A DNA stretch of 31,202 nucleotides. Origin: a virus (taxonomy: Duplodnaviria; Heunggongvirae; Uroviricota; Caudoviricetes). Numbering within the stretch: the first letter of the stretch is position 1; every line of letters begins with the position of its first letter. This document shows positions 1-8,503 of this stretch, one piece after another. The notes beneath the pieces were generated by a model. That model searched no databases. It was not told the origin of the DNA and saw only the letters and a program-made list of their open reading frames with translations. A program made the position numbers and the translations under genes. Where the stretch lies: IMG/VR virus record IMGVR_UViG_3300028583_002208; one strand, written 5' to 3'.

Positions 1-435
1 ATTCTCCCAAATCATCCCACCCTTTCCCTCTCCCACAGAGTCCAAAAGACTGTTCTATACATCTATGTCTCTTTTGCTGTCTCGCATACAGGGTTATCAT
101 TACCATCTTTCTAAATTCCATATATATACATTAGTATACTGTATTGGTGTTTTTTTTTCGGCTTCACTCTGTATAATCAGCTCCAGTTTCATCCACCTCA
201 TTAGAACTGATTCAAATGTATTCTATTTAATGGCCGAGTAATACTCCATTGTGTATATGTACCACAGCTTTCTTATCCCTTCGTCTGCTGATGGACATCT
301 AGGTTTCTTCCATGTCCTGGCTATTCTAAACAGTGCTGCGATGAACATCAGGGTACATGTGTCTCTCTCAATTCTGGTTTCCTCGGTGTGTATGCCCAGC
401 AGTGGGATTGCTGGGTCATAAGGCAGTTCTATTTC
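1..435 (-). mobile_element. Ruminant (bovine-type) LINE-1 fragment: end of ORF2 plus 3' UTR, decayed copy
   Basis: Minus strand reads EIELPYDPAIPLLGIHTEETRIERDTCTLMFIAALFRIARTWKKPRCPSADEGIRKLWYIYTMEYYSAIK*NTFESVLMRWMKLE, recognisable as the mammalian L1 ORF2p C-terminus with a premature TAG (223-225) and a later frameshift; 1-110 matches my recall of the bovine L1 3' UTR. Confidence 0.95.
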
Positions 436-519
436 AAACCCTTCTAAAAGTTTCTCTAATTCTTCTACAGAAGTACCCGTTATTGCACTCAATTCTTCTA
501 TCAAAATAATTTTACTCAT
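436..519 (-). CDS. N-terminal 28 aa of a phage hypothetical protein, truncated by the L1 junction
   Basis: ATG at 519 with GGAGAGG SD; reading frame continues into L1 ORF2 at about 435. Confidence 0.6.
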
Positions 520-547
520 TTAACCCTCTCCAAATCAATTTCCCCAA

Positions 548-575
548 ATAATAGCACACCTTCTTCTCAAGTCAA
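548..575 (-). promoter_or_regulatory. sigma70-like promoter, leftward
   Basis: TTGACT-16-TATTAT on minus strand upstream of ORF 519. Confidence 0.5.
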
Positions 576-633
576 CACCTTTGTTCAAATAACACACTTT
601 TAAAACTTCTTCTTACTTATTCCAAATTTCTCC

Positions 634-662
634 TTGACACAAATATCATCTCCTCTTAATAT
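634..662 (+). promoter_or_regulatory. sigma70-like promoter
   Basis: TTGACA-17-TAATAT. Confidence 0.75.
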
Positions 663-690
663 AAGCTTATTATCTAAACAGGAGAGCACC

Positions 691-909
691 ATGACACAAA
701 TTGAAAAAGAATTTATAAAAGCATTCCACATCACCGAAGATGAATATTACTTTGACACAAATGGTGATTTACATTTCAAAAGTGACTACACCTTAACCCG
801 ATGTAATATTTTCGGAATGGGTTGGATTTTGGGGAGGCAACATGATGTCGATAATTACCCTGCTGTGTTAATTGATGTACCTGAAATAGAAGGAAACACT
901 AATGCATAA
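691..909 (+). CDS. hypothetical protein (72 aa; start moved from 634)
   Basis: AGGAGAG SD before ATG 691; the track start at 634 lies inside the promoter. Confidence 0.75.
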   Translation: MTQIEKEFIKAFHITEDEYYFDTNGDLHFKSDYTLTRCNIFGMGWILGRQHDVDNYPAVLIDVPEIEGNTNA

Positions 910-1201
910 TTGCACAGATGAACAGCGTTTAAAAGTTTGGAAAATGTGGGGCAAGTATTTTGGATTCCCTTCCTGCTGCATAGAGGCTTTCCTAAAAGGT
1001 GAACATAAAAAGGGTGGATACTTTTGTGGAACAGGATTTGTACCTTGTGAGAAGTGTTATGATAAACCTACAGAAGAAATATTAACCATTATCAAAGTCA
1101 ATCGTATTTGCCCAACACCTTTTGAAGAATACGGCAGAAATGGGTATTCTGAGGAAGAGAAAGAATTCATTGTTAAATTTTGGAAATCTTTCTTAAAATA
1201 A
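902..1201 (+). CDS. Cys-rich hypothetical protein
   Basis: GKYFGFPSCCIEAF and GTGFVPCEKC motifs; overlaps the upstream stop. Confidence 0.8.
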   Translation: MHNCTDEQRLKVWKMWGKYFGFPSCCIEAFLKGEHKKGGYFCGTGFVPCEKCYDKPTEEILTIIKVNRICPTPFEEYGRNGYSEEEKEFIVKFWKSFLK

Positions 1202-1204
1202 TGC

Positions 1205-1232
1205 TTGACAACTTAATCAATAATCTTATAAT
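1205..1232 (+). promoter_or_regulatory. sigma70-like promoter
   Basis: TTGACA-16-TATAAT. Confidence 0.75.
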
Positions 1233-1276
1233 GATTGCACAAACAGGCATTAACTAATTTAAAAAGAGGAAATATT

Positions 1277-1450
1277 ATGAACAACTTTTATTATTCTACA
1301 GATAGCGAAGAACATTCAATTAACATAGGTGAAAAATCAGAAGATCAATGGGATGAGTTAACCCGAATAGAAATGGAAGAAGATCTAACGGACTCTTGGG
1401 ATAAATTTATGGAATCAGATCACTCTTACTTTACCGCAGAAGAGGAATAA
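1277..1450 (+). CDS. small acidic hypothetical protein (57 aa)
   Basis: AAGAGGA SD before ATG 1277. Confidence 0.7.
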   Translation: MNNFYYSTDSEEHSINIGEKSEDQWDELTRIEMEEDLTDSWDKFMESDHSYFTAEEE

Positions 1451-1454
1451 CATT

Positions 1455-1736
1455 ATGAAAATGTCAATCACACCAGAAGAATTTGTACAAATGCAAACAA
1501 CCACTCGTTGTCTAATTGAATGTATTTTTGCTAAAGAAGATTCTTTTAAGAAGGATTTGATTAATGGTAATTGGAGTTGGACAAAAGAAGATTATCAATT
1601 AAACTTAGTGCATTTCTCTGGGTGGCGTGTTCGTGTAAATGTGGAATTTTTAGAAGATTACTCTTCTACAGATATTTACCTTGACCTAAATGATGTGTAC
1701 AATTGGTATGAAAATGAATTTAAAAAAGGAAACTAA
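1455..1736 (+). CDS. hypothetical protein
   Basis: SD present, tightly packed operon. Confidence 0.75.
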   Translation: MKMSITPEEFVQMQTTTRCLIECIFAKEDSFKKDLINGNWSWTKEDYQLNLVHFSGWRVRVNVEFLEDYSSTDIYLDLNDVYNWYENEFKKGN

Positions 1737-1739
1737 CTC

Positions 1740-1943
1740 ATGAAACAAATCATTACAAAGAAATCAACTTTCCACAGCAAGACTCCTTGTGAGCAACATG
1801 AACTTTTAGTAAACACTGAATTTCGTGTTCAAAGACTAGAACGTATCGTGGAAGGGTTGTTGTTTTGGAAGCAAGGTAGTCCTCCTTACGAAGATGCTAC
1901 TGAAGAATATAACCAGTATATGGAAGAGGAGAATCAATCATGA
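1740..1943 (+). CDS. hypothetical protein
   Basis: SD present, tightly packed operon. Confidence 0.7.
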   Translation: MKQIITKKSTFHSKTPCEQHELLVNTEFRVQRLERIVEGLLFWKQGSPPYEDATEEYNQYMEEENQS

Positions 1944-2176
1944 AAACTATGTCATTTTTCGAATTTAAACACCATTATTACAAAAACTATTCTCGCGGAA
2001 CAGTAAGAATGGGTCAATTGTTTATCCTTTTGTTCATGAAAGGAGACACTTCTAAATATGATTACCTTTGGAATGAAGAGGATGACACTTTAGCAGAAGA
2101 TTTAATTTACCGTTTGATTTTTAGTTGGAACTGGGATTCCATGAGCATGAGAGTAGTGAATGAGGAACTTTTATGA
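1940..2176 (+). CDS. hypothetical protein
   Basis: GAGGAG SD, ATGA overlap. Confidence 0.75.
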   Translation: MKTMSFFEFKHHYYKNYSRGTVRMGQLFILLFMKGDTSKYDYLWNEEDDTLAEDLIYRLIFSWNWDSMSMRVVNEELL

Positions 2177-2796
2177 TAGATGATCCCAACAACCCATTCC
2201 AACATTTAGAAGAAGATTACCACAGCGAGAATAACCAACGCCGAAGGCTCTCTGACGAACGTAAATCCTTTTGGAAGGTGTTTGCTTGGCTAAATGTTAT
2301 TCTCCTTTGTGTCGGTCTGTGTGATGCTGTATATGGCAAGGATTGCTCAGAATGGGACTCCCTTTCCGCTGAACAGCAATACCGTTTAGAATATGCTTAC
2401 AATTATGGGAAACCTTATAATCTAGGCTGGAGCTTAAGCAGTGTAGCGTGGCAGGAATCACATGGTGGCAAATATAGAGTCAACATTAAATCAAAGGATT
2501 TTGGGTTATTTCAAATCAATGAGAAAAATATATTCAATATATTAGGAGTAACATCCTATTGGAAAAAGCAGGAAATGATTACCAAAGTGGTGATGGATGA
2601 TGCACTAGGAGCATACCTTGCGCTGGATGTGTTACAACATTTTGAAAAGGTTCACAGAGGTAATTGGAAGAAAATGATCATGTCGTATAATATCGGCAAT
2701 AAAAAGGATGAAAAAAGTTTGAAGAAAGGTGTTGACTACTACAACAAAGTGGTTCATCATATGAACATATTGAAACGTTGTTCAAATTTTAAATAA
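2173..2796 (+). CDS. lytic transglycosylase (SLT-like) with N-terminal membrane anchor
   Basis: SVAWQES (catalytic Glu), DFGLFQIN and SYNIG motifs; hydrophobic segment at about aa 34-55. Confidence 0.85.
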   Translation: MIDDPNNPFQHLEEDYHSENNQRRRLSDERKSFWKVFAWLNVILLCVGLCDAVYGKDCSEWDSLSAEQQYRLEYAYNYGKPYNLGWSLSSVAWQESHGGKYRVNIKSKDFGLFQINEKNIFNILGVTSYWKKQEMITKVVMDDALGAYLALDVLQHFEKVHRGNWKKMIMSYNIGNKKDEKSLKKGVDYYNKVVHHMNILKRCSNFK

Positions 2797-2808
2797 CAGG
2801 AGAATATT

Positions 2809-3015
2809 ATGGATTATGTATTAGGATTGGTGTTAGGCCTAGTTTGTGGTTTTTATTGTACAGTGCTAGTTTATAGCCAACAAGACACAACCACCACACC
2901 AGAAAAAGTATCCTTTGCTGAAAGTAGTTGTAAACTTGGTGAATGGATCACTATTGACAAAAACGTCATCACTTGTAATGATGGTGCTATCTACGAATAT
3001 AACTTGGAGAAATAA
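2809..3015 (+). CDS. small membrane-anchored protein
   Basis: N-terminal hydrophobic helix; AGGAG SD. Confidence 0.75.
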   Translation: MDYVLGLVLGLVCGFYCTVLVYSQQDTTTTPEKVSFAESSCKLGEWITIDKNVITCNDGAIYEYNLEK

Positions 3016-3110
3016 TGAGTAACTTAGCGAAAGCATGGGACATGTTGTACAAACAGCAGCTTGATAAATCTAACCTTGAACAAAATAAACTTAAACAAGA
3101 GGAGAAGTAA
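3015..3110 (+). CDS. 31-aa hypothetical peptide (not in ORF track)
   Basis: MSNLAKAWDMLYKQQLDKSNLEQNKLKQEEK*; GGAG SD; TAATG coupling; fills the gap exactly. Confidence 0.55.
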   Translation: MSNLAKAWDMLYKQQLDKSNLEQNKLKQEEK

Positions 3111-3112
3111 TT

Positions 3113-3562
3113 ATGGAATTGGCATTATTGGTTTATATAGTGGATTTGGTTACAGGATTGGACTCTTTTCTAGCAAAGATTTTGGTTACTATCGCAGCCT
3201 TAAGTGGGTTAGGTGTAGTCTTTGGATTCCTTACCTCAGTTATTGAAAAGGTATATACTCTTACTCAGATGCGTGATTTCATTAAGAAATATTATCCTGT
3301 CAAGACTTTAGCATTTGCCCTATTGATTGTATGGCTAATACCTTCTACACAAACAATAAAATACATGGGGTCAGCTTACCTTATTCAGGAAACTTTTCAA
3401 TCTGAGTTTGTACAAGAAAGTATCACCCTTTCACAAAAAGCTGTGATTAATCAATTACAATCGTGGGCAGAAGATGACACTGAAATAAAATCACTATTAG
3501 AAAGTGCAGATATACCAGTACCAAAACTAATTACTGAAAAGGAGATCCCAAATGAAAAATAA
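3113..3562 (+). CDS. membrane protein (2-3 TM helices)
   Basis: Hydrophobic helices; AGGAG SD. Confidence 0.8.
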   Translation: MELALLVYIVDLVTGLDSFLAKILVTIAALSGLGVVFGFLTSVIEKVYTLTQMRDFIKKYYPVKTLAFALLIVWLIPSTQTIKYMGSAYLIQETFQSEFVQESITLSQKAVINQLQSWAEDDTEIKSLLESADIPVPKLITEKEIPNEK

Positions 3563-3719
3563 ATACACATTACAAACAGTAGGTGAGTTTTACGAAGTGT
3601 TCGATGAAACAAATAAAATCACAGTTTTTGCAAGTGAGAGTAAACCTTTGTGCGAAGTGACTCTTTTAAAATTACGACAAGGTAAGATTAATGTTGCCGA
3701 TTTGAAGCAAGGAGCTTAA
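3552..3719 (+). CDS. 55-aa hypothetical protein (not in ORF track)
   Basis: MKNKYTLQTVGEFYEVFDETN...KQGA*; AAGGAG SD. Confidence 0.7.
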   Translation: MKNKYTLQTVGEFYEVFDETNKITVFASESKPLCEVTLLKLRQGKINVADLKQGA

Positions 3720-3721
3720 TT

Positions 3722-3979
3722 ATGTCAAAGTTTTATCAACAGTTAACAGAAGCATTCAATGAAGCGGAAGAGGAAACCCTTGAGGCAATCTCAACATACA
3801 TTACAGATGTGGTGGTTGCTCATGCACGAAATGGTAGTGGTAGAATGATCCAATTACACAAGGATAAGGTTTCTAAAAGTATTCCATTCCGAGCAATTGA
3901 AAACTACTTGACAAAAGAGGGTGTCGATTTTACAATGGATGCTTCTAAGAATGTTATTACTTTTACGTTGGGAGATTGA
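3722..3979 (+). CDS. hypothetical protein
   Basis: AAGGAG SD. Confidence 0.75.
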   Translation: MSKFYQQLTEAFNEAEEETLEAISTYITDVVVAHARNGSGRMIQLHKDKVSKSIPFRAIENYLTKEGVDFTMDASKNVITFTLGD

Positions 3980-4818
3980 TTGTGGGTGTTAGTAACATAA
4001 AGGAAGGTATGATCTACCCTACAGATAGGTGTGGTTATTTGAAAGTCATTAAGTATAATAGTAAGTATGATATTGATGTAGAGTTTGTTAATACTGGAGG
4101 AAAAAGGAACATATCAGCACAGACCCTTAGAAAAGGGCAGGTAAAAGATTCTCTAGTAAAAACCTTATACGATGTGGGTTATGTGGGTTATGGGGTTTAC
4201 CATACTAGACTAGACGATGGTTCGGGTAAGAATACTGCTTACAAATATTGGTCTCGTATGCTAAAAAGATGTTACAGTGAGATATGTCCAGACTACTGCA
4301 ATTATGGAGGGGCGGGGGTGACAGTAGCTACTGAATGGCATAACTTTCAAAACTTCGCGGAGTGGTTTTATTCCCAGAAAAATTGCAAGGTTAAAGGTAT
4401 ACATCTGGATAAGGACCTGACAAGAATAGGTAATAAGGTATACTGCAAAGAGCTGTGTTATCTTGTACCACCAAGAGTTAATACTTTAGGGGTGGATAGG
4501 AAAACTGCAGGGGTATCTTGGCATCAGGCAGGTAACAAGTGGGTAACTCATCTAGAGAAAGGGAAGGCAGTTAGGTCGAAAGATGCTACATACCTAATAG
4601 CACTTTATGAACGTTATAAAAGAAATCATGTATATTCTGTACTGCAAGAAGAGTATTCAGCAGGTAACATATCCTCTGAGATATTAATGAGTGTATACAA
4701 CCACGTTAATTATGAATACAATACTATTAGTCATAAGGATGTGGTTAAATCTTCTACGGATAGTATAAGAATACTTTTCACACTACAAGGTGGTTTATTA
4801 GGAGGCAGTTATGAATAA
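3976..4818 (+). CDS. HNH-type homing endonuclease (start may be GTG 3982)
   Basis: Family pattern YW..MLKRCY...YGG.GV.V..EW.NFQNFAEW...HLDKD...GNKVY...C..VP..VN. Confidence 0.85.
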   Translation: MIVGVSNIKEGMIYPTDRCGYLKVIKYNSKYDIDVEFVNTGGKRNISAQTLRKGQVKDSLVKTLYDVGYVGYGVYHTRLDDGSGKNTAYKYWSRMLKRCYSEICPDYCNYGGAGVTVATEWHNFQNFAEWFYSQKNCKVKGIHLDKDLTRIGNKVYCKELCYLVPPRVNTLGVDRKTAGVSWHQAGNKWVTHLEKGKAVRSKDATYLIALYERYKRNHVYSVLQEEYSAGNISSEILMSVYNHVNYEYNTISHKDVVKSSTDSIRILFTLQGGLLGGSYE

Positions 4819-5929
4819 AGTGTATAAAACTAATTTTAGTAGAGGTTGTTTTCACCATTGGTCTGCAAGTAAGGCTATTGCTGAATACATTAGTAATTGG
4901 TTGGATTCTGACGGAGAACAATCTTACGAGTTTGGAGAAGATTACCTACTTCTTGAGAATAAGAACATCAGAGTAAGCAATAAGCTTTTGATGATGGGTG
5001 TGAGTGATAAAAGGGGTGATAATACAAAACGCGGATTATTTGGGTTAGGAGGCTGTCAGGCTTTAGTAGTACTTACAGATTTAAACTACGAAGTAAGTAT
5101 TAGTAATGATGATGTGTTTTGGACAGCCAGCTTTGAACATTGTGACAACTTTGATGAAGATGTGTTAGTCGTACAAGAGACATCTCAAGAAGCTACAGGT
5201 AATTTTTCTGTACGTATATCAGGTTTATCGGAAGATATTCTTGATGAAGTAAAACAGCGTTGCTTAGAGTTCCAAGAAAGAGAAGTGTTGTTCTCTACTA
5301 AATATGGTGATGTAATTGCTCACGGAGAGGATAATGGTGAAATATTCTGTGGTGATATGTACGTTTGTGAAAACAACTCTTTCAAGTACAGTTACAATTT
5401 TGCACCGAAAGTACTACCTTTGAACCAAGATCGTAACTCCGCTGATCAATGGGAAATAAGCCGTCTTACAGCTAAAATTTGGAAACAATGTCCCAATAAG
5501 GAACTCTTAGTAGAAGCTATCAAATCTAAGAAAGCAGATTGTGAATATGTAATGGATTCATGGTACACACGTGACAGTTCTTCATTGTCAGTATCAGAAG
5601 AGTTTGGTGAAGAATTCATCAAGAAGTATGATAATCACATTGTAACAAGTGACTTCGATGAGTATGAAGAATTAACTAAATGTGGTAACAAGGTTAAATA
5701 CTTGGATAACAGTAATCAAGTTAAGGCTATCAAGGAAAGTGTTGCCTACAATGATATGATTTCTTCAATGGAAATTATTGAAGTGGAATCCACTCGTACC
5801 AAAGTTGAAAGAATTATACAAGCTTTCCAACAACTGGTTATTGACCATGACCATGAAGAAATTGTGTACGAAGGGTTTACAATGCAAGAACATATTGATA
5901 CACTAGATGAAATTATTTACGAACTATAA
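4811..5929 (+). CDS. GHKL/HSP90-like ATPase domain protein (rIIA-like N-terminus)
   Basis: N box AIAEYISNWLD, G2 box KRGLFGLGG, acidic C-terminus. Confidence 0.65.
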   Translation: MNKVYKTNFSRGCFHHWSASKAIAEYISNWLDSDGEQSYEFGEDYLLLENKNIRVSNKLLMMGVSDKRGDNTKRGLFGLGGCQALVVLTDLNYEVSISNDDVFWTASFEHCDNFDEDVLVVQETSQEATGNFSVRISGLSEDILDEVKQRCLEFQEREVLFSTKYGDVIAHGEDNGEIFCGDMYVCENNSFKYSYNFAPKVLPLNQDRNSADQWEISRLTAKIWKQCPNKELLVEAIKSKKADCEYVMDSWYTRDSSSLSVSEEFGEEFIKKYDNHIVTSDFDEYEELTKCGNKVKYLDNSNQVKAIKESVAYNDMISSMEIIEVESTRTKVERIIQAFQQLVIDHDHEEIVYEGFTMQEHIDTLDEIIYEL

Positions 5930-5938
5930 GGAGAAATT

Positions 5939-6418
5939 ATGGCGAAATTAAGTACACGTGTTAATGTAGATCAATTACCTCAAGTGGATACCACTGTTTA
6001 TAATAGTGAAAATTCTACAAAAGGGGTTGATTTATTAACAGGAGAATTTATAACTAAAATTTCCAATACAGACGCACAATGTTTTAAAATTTACAAACAA
6101 CAGGAGAATAACATGAATACAAATACCCTTAAAGAAGTAACCCTAACTTTAATTGATAACAACATCCACTTAGAAGATGATCAGCGAATCGTTTTCCAAA
6201 AGAAAGGTGTTCGTACAAGTTTCACATTAGAAGAAACCAAGATGAATATTATCGCATCAGGTGAAGTTATGGAGAAGTTGAAAGACCATAACACAAATGT
6301 ACGTACTAAAGTTGTGAACGAGGATATCCTTGAACGCACAGGCCGTGAAGTGTTTCTTAAACCAATTAAACTTTTATCAGATTCTCAGCTACAGTGGCGT
6401 GTTGTTGAAACTGCATAA
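5939..6418 (+). CDS. hypothetical protein
   Basis: AAGGAG SD. Confidence 0.7.
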   Translation: MAKLSTRVNVDQLPQVDTTVYNSENSTKGVDLLTGEFITKISNTDAQCFKIYKQQENNMNTNTLKEVTLTLIDNNIHLEDDQRIVFQKKGVRTSFTLEETKMNIIASGEVMEKLKDHNTNVRTKVVNEDILERTGREVFLKPIKLLSDSQLQWRVVETA

Positions 6419-6434
6419 AATTTATAACTAACAG

Positions 6435-6480
6435 TTGACAGTAAAGCTTGTAGAGAGTAATATCTTTGCAGGCTTTTTAT
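6435..6480 (+). promoter_or_regulatory. sigma70 promoter embedded in an intrinsic terminator
   Basis: TTGACA(6435)-17-TAATAT(6458); 14-bp stem 6443-6456/6463-6476 followed by a T-rich tract. Confidence 0.75.
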
Positions 6481-6500
6481 TTATCTAAAGGAAAATTATT

Positions 6501-7577
6501 ATGAAAGTATTAGATTATTTGAACAAATACGGTTTAGAAAAATTAGTAGAGGAATTTTCAATCAAGGTTTCTGTTGATGAAAGGTTTCCTGACCTAAGAG
6601 TGTTAAACTATAACCAAATAGATTCCCCTAAAAATCACCCTATTGTACGAGAGTGTCGATCTCTTGTAATAAAAGAAGAATTAGGTGGTGTAACCTACTC
6701 TGTAGTAAGTCGTGCTTTTGATAGGTTCTTCAATCAAGGGGAAAACGGTGTCACTTTTGAACTCGAAGATTTAACCGTTTATGAAAAAGTGGATGGGAGT
6801 TTAATAAGTGTGTTCTATTATGAACCCTATGGATGGATGTACCGTACCAAAAGTATGCTAATGCCATTACTATCTGTTCAAGGTTGGGATCGTACTTGGA
6901 AAGATTTAATAGAATCTGCTTTAGATTGGAAAAATATGAAAGGGTTAGATAAATCTTGTACATATCTATTTGAAGTGGTTGGAAGAGAGAACCGTGTTGT
7001 GGTGAATTACCCTGAGGATAGAGCTTACCTCTTAGCAATTAGACATAACCAAAGTGGAGACTATTCGGAAATTGTTACAACTAAATACCACCTACCACGA
7101 AAATACTCTTTTAATACAACACAAGAGTGTATGGAAAGTTTAAAACACCTGCCTAATTTAGAAGAGGGTTATGTTGGTTATAAGGAGGGAATCCCTGTTG
7201 TAAAAGTTAAATCTCCTCAATACCTCACAGGTCATCTACTTCGCGGGGAGGGGTTATCACCTAAACGTGCTAAAGAGTTGGTCGTAATAGGTGAATTAGA
7301 TGAATACTTAGCAGTGTTTCCTGAGGATAAAGACTATTTCACACCATTTGTAGAAGCATGGAACACTTTAGAATCATTATGTACCACTCAGTTTGATAAA
7401 ACTAAAGCTATCACTGACCAAAAGGAATTTGCCCTTAATAACAAAGTGTTCTATTCAGGTGTAATGTTCCAAGCAAGAAATATTGGGATTTGTCCTTTAA
7501 AAGTGTTGCACAACCTAAAAGATTCCTATAAGATTAAGTTATTAGAAGCAACATTGGAGAATTTATATGAAAAGTAA
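6501..7577 (+). CDS. rnl1: RNA ligase 1 (T4 Rnl1-like)
   Basis: Motif I EKVDGSLI, then YLFE, EEGYV and VKVKSPQY. Confidence 0.92.
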   Translation: MKVLDYLNKYGLEKLVEEFSIKVSVDERFPDLRVLNYNQIDSPKNHPIVRECRSLVIKEELGGVTYSVVSRAFDRFFNQGENGVTFELEDLTVYEKVDGSLISVFYYEPYGWMYRTKSMLMPLLSVQGWDRTWKDLIESALDWKNMKGLDKSCTYLFEVVGRENRVVVNYPEDRAYLLAIRHNQSGDYSEIVTTKYHLPRKYSFNTTQECMESLKHLPNLEEGYVGYKEGIPVVKVKSPQYLTGHLLRGEGLSPKRAKELVVIGELDEYLAVFPEDKDYFTPFVEAWNTLESLCTTQFDKTKAITDQKEFALNNKVFYSGVMFQARNIGICPLKVLHNLKDSYKIKLLEATLENLYEK

Positions 7578-8481
7578 GAAACTTATTTATACAGTAGGTA
7601 TTAGCTGTTCAGGAAAGACCACTTGGGTTAATGAATTCCTTTCTCAAGGTAACAATAAAAACTCTTGGGTTAATATTAATCGTGATGATATACGAGGTTT
7701 CTTGTTCACAGGAGGAACTATTGATTGGAATAAATATAAATTCACAAAAGGTAATGAAAACTTAGTCACAGAGATGCAACACCATTTAATAAAGAATGCT
7801 ACTGAAAAGGGTAAGAATATTATCATAAGTGATACCAACCTTAACCCAAAGTATATAGATTACTTTAAAACGTGGGATTGTTTAAAGAATTATACTTTTG
7901 AGGGGAAGGTGTTTCATATTGACCTGTTAGAAGCCCTTGAGCGAGACGCTAAGAGATTTTCTGGTGTTGGGTATAAGGTTATCACTTCTCAATATAAAAA
8001 CTACGCAGACTGCTTCCTTAAGAAGAATTGGCATGATTCTAATAAAGAGAGTGTTCCTTCTGCTGTGATATTAGACATTGATGGGTCATTAGCCTCTATG
8101 CACAACCGATCTCCTTTTGAATGGGACAAGGTTGGAGAAGATTTACCTCGTGAAGAAATTATCCTTATGGCAAAAGGTCTTATTGCAGAAGGTTATGTTC
8201 CTATCTTTATGTCAGGGAGAGATTCTGTTTGCATGGAAGATACTCAACTTTGGATTGAAAAATATTTCCCTGAATTGGAAGGCCATTTCCATTTATATAT
8301 GCGTCCAGAAGGCGATTGTAGAAAAGATACTATTATCAAGAAAGAATTGTTTAACAAATATGTAAACCACAATTACAATGTAAAACTTGTATTAGATGAT
8401 CGACCTACAGTTTCAAGAATGTTCAAATATGATTTAGGTTTGAATGTTGTTAACGTAGGTAACCCTTGGTTAGAATTTTAA
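7567..8481 (+). CDS. pseT: polynucleotide 5'-kinase / 3'-phosphatase
   Basis: P-loop GISCSGKTT and RDD.R; HAD motif DIDGSLA; C-terminal LDDR. Confidence 0.95.
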   Translation: MKSKKLIYTVGISCSGKTTWVNEFLSQGNNKNSWVNINRDDIRGFLFTGGTIDWNKYKFTKGNENLVTEMQHHLIKNATEKGKNIIISDTNLNPKYIDYFKTWDCLKNYTFEGKVFHIDLLEALERDAKRFSGVGYKVITSQYKNYADCFLKKNWHDSNKESVPSAVILDIDGSLASMHNRSPFEWDKVGEDLPREEIILMAKGLIAEGYVPIFMSGRDSVCMEDTQLWIEKYFPELEGHFHLYMRPEGDCRKDTIIKKELFNKYVNHNYNVKLVLDDRPTVSRMFKYDLGLNVVNVGNPWLEF

Positions 8482-8503
8482 TTTAAATAAAGGAGAAAAT
8501 ATT

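Noticed and set aside
223-519. 98-aa ORF as a real protein
   Set aside because: Chimera of a phage N-terminus and a dead L1 ORF2 C-terminus.
3061-3246. 61-aa plus-strand ORF
   Set aside because: Out-of-frame overlap of 3015-3110 and 3113-3562; TTG start without SD.
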